The position numbers were made by a program, and so were the translations under genes. Under the pieces are notes generated by a model, which searched no databases, was not told where the DNA came from, and saw nothing but the letters and a program-made list of their open reading frames with translations. This document shows positions 24,657 to 35,290 of a stretch of DNA of 38,068 nucleotides, piece after piece. Each line of letters starts with the position of its first letter. Position 1 is the stretch's first letter. Origin of the DNA: Macrostomum lignano (taxonomy: Eukaryota); assembly GCA_002269645.1 (NCBI GenBank), contig NIVC01004688.1, positions 1 through 38,068 of the forward strand, given 5' to 3'.

Positions 24657-24749
24657 AGCTGGCTTGCAATTGATCGATGATTTTGCCGACTTTGTTATTG
24701 GAGACAGGATGGCCAAGGTGGTTAAGAAAAGCAACTGGCTAAGCAGCAT
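24643..24749 (-). pseudogene. Glypican-like gene, 5' portion (signal peptide and first Cys)
   Basis: ATG 24749 with A at -3: MLLSQLLFLTTLAILSPITKSA-KSSINCKPASQAFA. 107 nt + 1213 nt (18794-17582) = 1320 nt = 439 aa + stop once the LINE and one TSD copy are removed. Confidence 0.75.
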
Positions 24750-25579
24750 CTTCGAGTACTGATTGTAGAAGTTTCGTTGTTTCTTTTGTTTGCTTACTGA
24801 CACTGCAACGTGTGTTCAAGAGTTATCAGATATATACTACGTACAGCGTGCTTGTAGCAAAGATTTAGCACTTGAAATAAGAGAGTTAGCCAATAGCTAC
24901 AGTCCTACTGCAATAGCAGCTTTAGGCCAACCCGTACGCTTCTACTTACAAGGAGCATACAGCGCAACACTGTGCCAAGCTTACAGTGCAATAAAAGCAT
25001 ATAGAAAGCCATTGGACTAAACCAATAGTAATTAAGGCAATAACAGAGGCAGTTTTTGTTCGACTAAATAATTATCATTTTATGGAACTAGGAAGTAAGG
25101 CAAATAACATGAAGCATGTTTGAAAATACGAAAAAACGCTTAATACTTTATTCATACTATTCTATATAGCATAAGTTGTGTTCACATTACTAGACCAAAA
25201 GAAAATTGGACAACTGCCCATGGATTTCAATTTATTTTTTCTTCAGAAACTACAACTCTTTCACTTTCGTGTCACCCTCCCCCCTGGGGCATAAGCCATT
25301 CATACTTACTTCGCGGGGACAAGGGAAAAGGGGGAATGTTTTCCCCCTCCCGTCAGAGCGCTTGAAATCACTAGCAAATGTTAGTAAAGCAAAGAAAACC
25401 ATGCAGTGAAAGAATTCGCTTGCAGCTATAATAAAGGAACTAAAGTACGATATAATCAAAGCCATATTACTGCACTAAAAAGTATAGACTCGTGACAGAA
25501 TAGCAGGACAAAAAAGACAGATTAGCATCGTTGGATGCTAGTTTGTTCTAAACAGAAACGAAAAAAATACAAAAAATCG

Positions 25580-26425
25580 GGTCTATGAAATTTGCTTGCG
25601 GAAATTTGCTTGCCGAAGTCTGCTTGCCGAATTTTGCTTGCTGAAGTCTGCTTGCGGAATTTTGCTTGCCGAGCTTTGCTTGCCGAACTTTGCTTGCCGA
25701 GCTTTGCTTGCCGAACTTTGCTTGCCGAACTTTGCTTGCCGAGCTTTGCTTGCCGAACTTTGCTTTTGAGCTCTTGTATTTCTAATTTTCATTTTCTAAG
25801 ATTCGTGGAAGTCGTTTATAGTTTTATGACTTTGTATGAGGATATGGCGGATTATTAATTACATTTTATATACTAAAATATTATTAGTATATGCATATTA
25901 CATTAGCATCACTGCAATTATAATACCTGCTCAATCGTGCTGAAATCAGGAACTACAAATATTTATACTGTTACCGATCCCTATCTACCTATACTAAATC
26001 TCTAAGCATTCTATATACTACATTCTTAGAATGAAACTCTATAAGCCTAGTTTGAAAGATTAGTGTCAAGTCAGTTTACGTCGACCCTGATAAGAATCCA
26101 CTTGCAAAGCATCTGTAGTAAGTAATAATTGACTGACCAACTTTACAAGCAATCAAAACAACCAAGCAAACAAGAAAATAATTCTGCAAGTTAAAACCTT
26201 GCGATTGTGTGATTGCAAATTTCTAGAAAGCAGACATCAAAATTTTGCAAGCAAAGCTCGGCAAGCAAACTTCGGCAGGCAAAGTTCCTGCAAGCAAATT
26301 TCCTGCAAGCAAAGTTCGGCAAGCAAACTTCAGCAAGCAAAATTCCGCAAGCAAAGTTCGGCAAGCAAAGTTCGGCAGGCAAAATTCCGCAAGCAAACTT
26401 CGGCAAGCAAACGTCGTACTCCCCA
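25580..26425. mobile_element. Foldback-like element: inverted arrays of a 14-bp unit (TTTGCTTGCCGAAC) flanking a ~480-bp AT-rich core
   Basis: Left array ~25588-25765 (TTTGCTTGC), right array ~26246-26412 (GCAAGCAAA), ~12 units each in opposite orientation; no coding capacity; exact termini and TSD not found. Confidence 0.5.
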
Positions 26426-28234
26426 AAAAATCATGCAGCATTTTTTGTCATTTTGATACAAAAAGGATAAGTTTAACGATTAGCTACTTATTAGTAGAGA
26501 TACAAAGATATTTAATAAAAATCCATATAATATAGATAAACACTGATTATGAGGCAGAACAATGAATTTTACATATTAATTGAAGACAAACTAAACGAAC
26601 GCCTGTGTATTTGGTACTGTAGAGGGGAGTGAAGAGAGAAGGAAGGGGCGGGAAGAGAGGAGGGAAGGAGGGGATCAAGAGAAACGAGAATAGAATATAA
26701 TCATTGGGTCCATGGGCTATACAATCCATCAACTTCAAGAACAGACCAGATTTTACAATACTAATGTTGTACTGGGTCGAGTGCATAATGCAGAAGTTTT
26801 GCAGACTTCATGTGTCCTGGACTTGTACTGATTACTCTGTGTACATCTGCATAAGCTCAAGGAGGTGTCATACTCATACCAGGAGTTATGCCAACACTAA
26901 ATTAAAAGCTTAAAATTAAATATCTTTAATAAATCCTAGGCATATACTAAGAAACTACTAATTACCAACTATGTTCTAAGAATTTTTAGAAGTGAAAATA
27001 GCACTATAAAAACTTTATGATACCTATAAAATTGCAATAGTAGACCTAGAATAACTTTGATGGCTTACTAACTTGGGATGCTTAAAGAACTAAAATTGAT
27101 TTCTCACAAACCTCTTTAAGAGCATATAAAACAAATTTTATCATATCATGAATAAAGCATTTGAAACCATACTTAATTTATCCTTTTGTCATATCATTCA
27201 ATTTGTCTGCTAAATAGACCTTATAGGGAAAAGTTGTAAAACTGTGGATAGCATCTGGCACACATTTAATTTTTTCTGAAGTGCAGTGTGGGCACAGGCA
27301 TGCAGCATAGAAAGGGGCCTAATACCTCTATGAAAGGGGCCTATACACTTGTCATTTATAATGTTTAGAGATATTCCAAAATTTTGATTTTGATTTTTCA
27401 AAACTTATAATTTTTAAGAGCAAATTTTAATTTAGAAAAATATTGCATATCAAAATTTTGGAAGTGTCTAAAAATGGCTAAAAATAAACTAATTTCTGCT
27501 ACATATACATGTTTTTAGCTTTGCATAAGCAGTAAATCAAAATTTAAAAAGTGAGTGTTGGTCATACTTAACTTTGTTTTTCAGAATTTTGACTTTGGAA
27601 AATTTCAATTTCAAAAAGTTAGCAAATTTTGATTTTGACAGAAAATGCTCTTTTGGAACATCTCTAATAATGCTAAAGTGCAGTAAAATAATTTTAACTT
27701 TATTCTAAAGTGTGCATCCAGAGGATTGCAACATTTATTCCAATAGGGTAAATATATAAAATAGAACATTAGTTTGTTTGCTGATTAAATTTTTTTTTTC
27801 TAGAAGATAAAAAATTGGATGACAAACAAAAAGACTAAAAGCTCTAAAACATTTATTTTGGATTTTCATTAATAAATTATCATTTAGTAAATTTAAACTA
27901 AAGTAATATATTATTGGTTGGCTTTAAAGTCACTCAAAATAATGCTTTTAGAGGTCATTGACAACAACTTACAGCTTTTGATTAGAGAACATAGAAAAAA
28001 TCTTCTTTTCTACAAATATCATATTTGAAGTAAAAAAGTAAACTTTTTTAATTTAGTTCTTATAGTATAGCACATTATGAAAATCTTTTTGTAACATATC
28101 TTATATTGATTATGACTTAGTTTTCTTAGTTTATAACTTTTATATATTTACTTTTTTTTCTATTTTTTAATTGCAACCAAATTCTTTTTTATTGCAATCT
28201 AGCTCTGATTCAATTTAGATTCCACTTCTTGTCC

Positions 28235-28999
28235 CTATTGGAACAAGTTTCAAAAACCCGCGGACGCGCGACACGGGTGCCAAAATTGTGCCCTCAAAAG
28301 CGCAACATGACACCAAATTTTGTTGACTGGGGGGTGGCGACATGTGACGCAACACCGATGTCTGTTGACCAAATGACCAGGGGGGGAGGACACCACAGCA
28401 GCCACGTTGCAATTGACAATTCCCATTCTGCCATTCACTCCCGACACCGAGACCATGGGACGATGGATGAGAGTATTCCTTTCAACTTCGCGGAAAAAGA
28501 AATGAAATTTAAAAAGAATAAACAGTAAAACAACAAAGGTACAACACTTAGAAAAAAAGCACATGCATTGTAAATAACAAGTAACATTTCTAAAAATTAT
28601 ATTTGAAGTATTAGTTACTTTACCGTCAAAATAAAAAAGAAAAGTTCAAGAACTAGTTATTATCAAACATGTTTGAAACATTTAAATACCGAGAAACAAC
28701 CGTGAACATATTACAATGAATGAAACACAGTTTGCGAGGTTTTGGCTGCAGATCCAGGCTGCAATGCGACACATGACGATGCCAGCCGCCAAGTTGCCAC
28801 ACTGTCGCGTTGCGCGACGCGACGCATGACAATACCAGGTTTTCACAGTGTCACGCGACGCGACGCATGACAACACCAGGTTTCCACAATGTCACGCGAC
28901 GCAACACACCACTTGACACCACTGTCGCGCAACACAACACCAGGAGAATCCAAAAATGCGACGGACGGTTGTCCGCGTTTTGTCAACTTATTCCAATAG
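28235..28999. mobile_element. MITE-like non-autonomous DNA transposon with ~30-bp imperfect TIRs
   Basis: Left CTATTGGAACAAGTTTCAAAAACCCGCGGAC versus reverse complement of right CTATTGGAATAAGTTGACAAAACGCGGAC (14 of first 15 match); internal CGCGACGC repeats; candidate direct repeat CTTCTT at 28225-28230 and 29002-29007. Confidence 0.6.
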
Positions 29000-29984
29000 A
29001 GCTTCTTATAGACTATAACATTTTGGTTTCTTGTTTTAAATGTATTTTTCTACATTTCTCCTTTCTTCTTTTTATTTTTATAGTAATACTTGTTAAATAT
29101 TTATCATTTTTGCTTTGTCTTTATATTTTTAATGTTTAACCATTATATCTTTTATATAGCTTTTATAGGCATTTATAATAAATAATAACATAGAAACTAT
29201 TATACTATATATACATCAGCAATATATATCCCACGGATTTACATAGATTATCAGTGTTGGGCACCAGTCCATTAATATGCATTAATCTATTAAAAAGCAT
29301 TAATAAACATTAAGATTTTATGCTACATTACATTTTAGGTGTACATTACCAGACTGCCATTAAGATTTTTTGTACTAATAGATTAACAAATTTGTGTTAA
29401 TAATTTTGTAAGTCAACAACAAATTCATTGTTAATGGTAATGACAAAGTTAATAACCAAAGACACAGGAAAGAACAAAAATAAAAGTCTGACAAGAAGTT
29501 ACAACATTATGAATGTATTTGAATTTACTTAAATGGCTAACTAATATTTTTGTTTAAAACAATAAACATGCAAATATAACAACTTCTTACTAATGAACTT
29601 TAATAATGAATTAAAATTGAAAACTTTATTGCTTGCATCTGAGCATGCATCAATTTCAAATTTTTACCAGGACTTCATTATAGTAGCTGTTCTATGCAGA
29701 TATAATTGATTTATTGCTGGATTTGTTTCTGTTACAGAGGGCAACCAATTTGTTTAATTTGTTGACTTCAATTAATGAAATTTGTTGATTTGATTGTAAG
29801 CAATTTGTTGATTGTTAATTTTGTTGATAATTGATAATTGTTAATTTGTTAAGTCTTAATAGTAGATACATGGATATTTATTTCCAACCATTTGAATAGC
29901 ATGCATTTTATACAATAAAACAAATTATAAGACAATTTGACTCACTAGATAAACAATGGATTAAAACAACTACATATACTATAC

Positions 29985-31180
29985 TGTACTAACAAATTTA
30001 CCAGTTGATAGTTGTAGCTACTACATATATAGCTAGTTGACAAATTTACTAGTTGACAGTTATGGCTACTACATATATAGCTAGGTGACAAATTTACCAA
30101 TTGACAGTTATAGCTACTACATATATAGCTAGGTGACAAATTGGACTTCTTCAAGTTTATGTTGATAAAATACTTCCGATTTTTCGATTTTTCTGAAACT
30201 TGCGGTGGAGACTTATGGGGCACCCAAAATTACAAAAATGCAAAAAAAAGTGTAGAAAGTTACCTGTACGGTTGATGCAATGATGATTTACTTGATTCCC
30301 TATTCTCTTAATGAGGTTCAGTGAGAAAAAGTTTCTACAAATACATTTTTAAAAGTGTATCCACTTGACTTTTAATTTCATGGCACATGTGCTAGAACTT
30401 CATTAGGCCAATTAAAGATGAATATTAATATCTACAAATTAATATGCAGAATGTTTTTTATGTTTGCAGATTATAGTTTTTCAATTTAGTTATAATGCAT
30501 AGACAATGCCATGTCATTGTGTGCTTTTTTTTAAAAACTGCCACATCACAACCTGCTCAATCTTTGTACTTGCACTTTCACTGCACCCAGCCAAAGCAAC
30601 GTTCAAAACTCGCACTTGTATTTCGCACCTCAAAACCAACTACTGTACAAGGCTAGATTACTAATTCTATTGTATTAAGGCAGTAACAGCACTTAATTTC
30701 GGTAAGCAAATTAATTTAGATAAAGTTATGTTTCAACCCCCCCCCCCTATTAGAATTGGAATTTATCAACACAATCTTGAAAAGGTCTCTATGCCTCTAT
30801 TCAAGTTTATGTTGATAAAATCAATCCCCATGAAGAATCTCCCCACTCTAAAACCCCCCATTCCCAATGCCCCGGTGGTTGGTTTTAAGCTACATATAAT
30901 TGGGTTAAAGCTACCTAAAAATGGAGCTCAAATTTGAAATCAGCACCATCAAAAACCCCTATAGAGACAAAATTATGATCCTATCCAAATTGAAACTATT
31001 TTATCAACATAAACTTGAAGAAGTCCGACAAATTTACCAATTGACAGTTATAGCTACTACATGTTTAGCTAGTTGACAAATTTAACAGTTGACAATTTTA
31101 CTAGTTGACAAATTTACCAGTTGACAATTTTAATAGTTGACAAATTTACCAGTTGACAAGTTTACTAATTGACAAATGTA
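29985..31180. repeat. Minisatellite (GTTGACAAATTTACCAGTTGACAGTTATAGCTACTACATATATAGCTA, ~48 bp, decaying to ~16-bp subunits) split by the 30143-31026 insertion
   Basis: The same unit continues in register on both sides of the insertion. Confidence 0.8.
30143..31026. mobile_element. MITE (884 bp) with perfect 30-bp TIRs and 8-bp TSD; Merlin-like by termini
   Basis: TIR GGACTTCTTCAAGTTTATGTTGATAAAATA at 30143-30172 and its exact reverse complement at 30997-31026; TSD GACAAATT at 30135-30142 and 31027-31034. GG termini with an 8-bp TSD fit Merlin better than hAT or P. Confidence 0.85.
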
Positions 31181-34100
31181 TGCATTTGTGAATATACTAT
31201 GCAGCTAGGCATATTATAAAAAAATTATTCCAAGCTCAGAAATGTTTGTGCACAATTTTTTTAAGAATATATAATTAAAAAAACATAAATATGTTTAACT
31301 AAACTTTAGCAGGGTTGCTTTTTGCTAAAAACTGATATTCTTTGTTTTAATTTAGTTTTTCCCATAAACTGCATTAATATTTTTATTCTAGTTTTTAATA
31401 TTTTAAAAGAGCTTTTGTTGCTTGATATTTAACTAGGCCTATACAATTACATCAGTCCTGAATTCAGCTTTTTTGTATGCTGACTCAGTGGCGGCATAGT
31501 ATCTCTAGTGCAGTAATTAGGTGGTTAGCCCTCTTTTAAGAAAGTAAAAAATTATTAACAAATTATGATACACTTCTTACAAAATAAATGTACAACATAA
31601 AGTTTCTTATAAAAATGCATTTTTAATCATTGATGCAAGTTGTATAACAGGGAGAGACTATCTGCCTTCCTTATGATTTTTTGAGGGCCATGGGGCTAGT
31701 AGGATGGTACCCGGTAAAATGCGGAATCCGCAATGGAATCGGAATGGAATAGTACGGTAAAACGCGGAATCCGCAGCGGAATGGTAAACTGCGGAACAAA
31801 GTGCAGATTCCGCACATTAAAGTAAAATGCGGAATGAAAACTAACTGAATTATACTTTTATTCATCACCTTATATTTAAAAAAACATCTGAAATTTATGT
31901 ACATTTTTGCTGAACAAATTGTTTTTCATTGTCACTATGACACTCAAATCAAATCTGTTGATCTTCCCTTAGCAAAATCCTCAGCAGAATGGTTAAGATG
32001 GAGTAATTTTTGGAATGAAGATAGAGCTTTGGCAACTTATTTAAGGTAAATTCATACTCTAGAAGCGAAAGTGCATACTACGTACAATTTTTATATTTAA
32101 TGTATTTCAAAAGTGCCCGCTGACATGTGGCGAGAAGTCATCCTACATCCTATTGCTGTCAAAAAAAATCGTAGCATTAAATGTGCATTTCTTAAAAAAA
32201 ATTATATCCGAAACTTTAGGACAAGATAGATTTTAGCGAAGCTAAAATTACGATTTGCAAGACGCTTTTACGTTTTTAGTGTCAAGAAAGGCAATAAATA
32301 GCTGTATTTGTCTGGAACTTTTCTTCCTGCAGCATAAAATATAGTTTTTCCACCTCGGTCGCATTGGCAAATCGTCAGCGGAACATTAGCGAAGTTTCGC
32401 CAGCGACTTTTCGCCAGCGACAGGACAGCGAATCGCTGGCGAATAAGTGCTTGATTATTTATTATTGGGGCTCTATTTTGCTAGTAAATATAAGAAAATG
32501 TATAAAATTATTTGATTTCTCACTTGCATAACAATCCCTTCATTCTATTCTATCGAATTAACCACTGCTTGGGGGTATGAATCAGATAAATCATATATAG
32601 TGACTTCTCTAGGCAATAGAAAGTTAGGTATAACGAGTGGAACTCCTCCACTGGAGGACAAACCCAAGAAATTCGACTCCCCGAATTGTAATGTTGATGC
32701 AGTGTTTGAATCGCGAAGTCAAGTCATAGTATGGAAATTATCAATCTGGGCATACGTTTATATTTATAGTTGCACATCGGGTTCCGGAGTATCTATTACA
32801 AAAATGGGCATTGTTTTTATCGCAACCTTTTTGTTAACTTTATTAATCTATGCCTGCAAATAGTGCTTACTTCTAAGGACACAAATCAATTGGCCGATCT
32901 TTTTGCCTTGTTTAAATACTTATTTTTCAACAATGGCTGACAGGAGCAATTCAAATGTGTTTGCGCTTGTTCCGTTGTAACTAGACAAAATCTATATAAT
33001 AAGACGCTTAAAATGTTTTCTCTATTGATACAATACCGTTTGAAGCTGTCTAGCTTTACTGTAGCTAGCTACACCATTTTTGTTAGCTACCTGTGGATGT
33101 CTAGCTTTACAGGATCTAATTAAGCAGACGAGCCTCTTTTTCCAATTACAGTGTAGCACTGAATTAAATATACCTATATGCTCTATAATTTAAAATTATA
33201 CTGTCAGTGCTTTCTGTAACTAGGCCGTTCTTTGGACTATCCTATGGAAGGCGTGCAAGCCTATAGTATAGATTAGACAGTCTACCAATGTCATTGTCAG
33301 TGTAATCAGTGTAATTTGGCTATATTTTAAATTGGAACAATTTTTTCATCTAATGCTAATGGGTGATGGCTTGGCTTTGAACTGTGATATTCTGGGCCGT
33401 GTTTCTTATTTTGGAAAATTAGTTATGTAACTAATGTTAACTAGATTTAGAACTACATTGCTGTATTGATGCATTATTTAAATTGCAAAGCCATAGTAGT
33501 ATATAAATTATCAATTGCTTATCAGTTTGTTTAGTAACACTTTCATCTTTGGGTTCCAAAATAAATGGTTGATTAGGCCAAAATTGTGGCAAATAATTTG
33601 AATTAGTTATATTAGTTATTAGTTAGTAATTGGTATAACTTGATAACTATTATATCTTTATGTATATTTGCAATTTTATATTGCAAAAATCTAGTATTGC
33701 TTGTATAAACTTATATTAGACCTAAAGATTTTATTATTCCACTCTTCCCTTCTACTAGGGGGCCTATTACTATGACAATTGGATAAGAAAAGTTAGTTAT
33801 AATTAGTTATAATTAATTTGCTTGCATGGTCACTAAATCAATAATATCTATTGTTTTAAGTCAAGCTAAAAAGAGCATTAATATATATTAATGTTCATAA
33901 TTTTTTCAATAGCTATATAAAATTATAATAGTCTAGCCTTTGCATTATATTCTTTTGATAGGATATGGCCTATATATATATTTTTAAACTTGTTTTCTTT
34001 GTCTATGCATTGAATTTTAATGCATTTTTGGCTTTGCATTTTTCTAACATATACTAAACTAGCCAGGTCACTAGGTTAAGCAAACTAAAGACCATTTTGA

Positions 34101-35290
34101 CACCATGTCAAGGAGAAATGAAGGAATAGCTAGCTATTTTATTAGCCAACTGCCTGCCTAGGACTTCTTAAGCTTTAATCCTATAAAATAGTTCTATGTG
34201 ATCTAGGATCTATGCAAATGTTCTATACTTATACTTTTGGATCTTTGCATGCTGCTAAAAATCTACTTAACTGATCATAACAATCTTGAAAGCAGCTAGG
34301 AAAGCAGCTTTATTATTCTGTATTTTGGCTTAAGATTCATTTCACTTCATAAATTATTTCAAAAGTTATAGTGCAATATGTACTAAAGGGTCACCTTTAT
34401 AGTTTAAGAAAATTGAAAGTCACCAGCCAATCTACAATATGTGGATAAATTGGAAAATATTGGACAAATAGAATCTGGGACCCTGGGTAAGGTTGAGACT
34501 TGGGAGACAGAGTAAAGAGTTGTCTTTTTACCAAAAAAAGCAGGGAATATATTTTAGACATTTAAGGTGTCTTGTTTAGGGGTTTTACTTCCAAAATATC
34601 ACTTCAGCAAAACAAAATTATTAGTTGGTTTCACTTCATGAAAACCAAATCTCTAGTCAATTTATAGTTGATGCTATTTTGTCCCATTTATTTGTATCCT
34701 CTAGACTTAAAATCAAAATGGTTATGCTTTGAATTATATTAAGTTATTGTCTCAATAATCACTGAATGGTATTTAATCATTCAAATGAAAAAAATATAAA
34801 TTATAAAATAATATTATAAAATACATGAAAAAAAGAACATTGAAGTACTCTTATTCTCTACTTTGATTGCAATTTTGGTCATTAGCAAAGTTGTGACTAA
34901 TTTCAAGGTGGCACAGTGTACTATTTGCTATATAGGTTTCCATTTCAGGGGACACATGCCCATGTTGCTGCAAGGCTTTGCTGCCCATGAGTGTTATTGA
35001 TTATCCCTTTCCAAGTTATTATTTAAGCATGTTTTTATCTCATCTTTGACTTTGGTAATGTGCTCCACAGAACATGAACATGGAGCATGGAACATGAGCA
35101 TGGAACATTCCATGTTGACTATGTTCTATGAAATATTTATTCATTTATTTATTGAGAATTTCAAGATTATAATAGAGAGAGAAAGCATATATATATATAT
35201 ATATATATTCTTATGTCTGCTTCAATTACTTTGCATCCAAAGCTCTTAACATTTTCTTTCTTTGCAGCACCCTTGCTCTCATGCTAGCAC

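Noticed and set aside
24790-25020. 76-aa ORF faintly resembling the N-terminus of a DIRS-type tyrosine recombinase (VRFYLQGAYSATLCQAY)
   Set aside because: Too short, no catalytic motifs or neighbouring RT fragments; may be chance
25302-25355. U1 snRNA-like start ATACTTACTTCGCGGGG
   Set aside because: Lacks the ACCUG 5' splice-site pairing sequence, the GAUCACGAA loop and an Sm site
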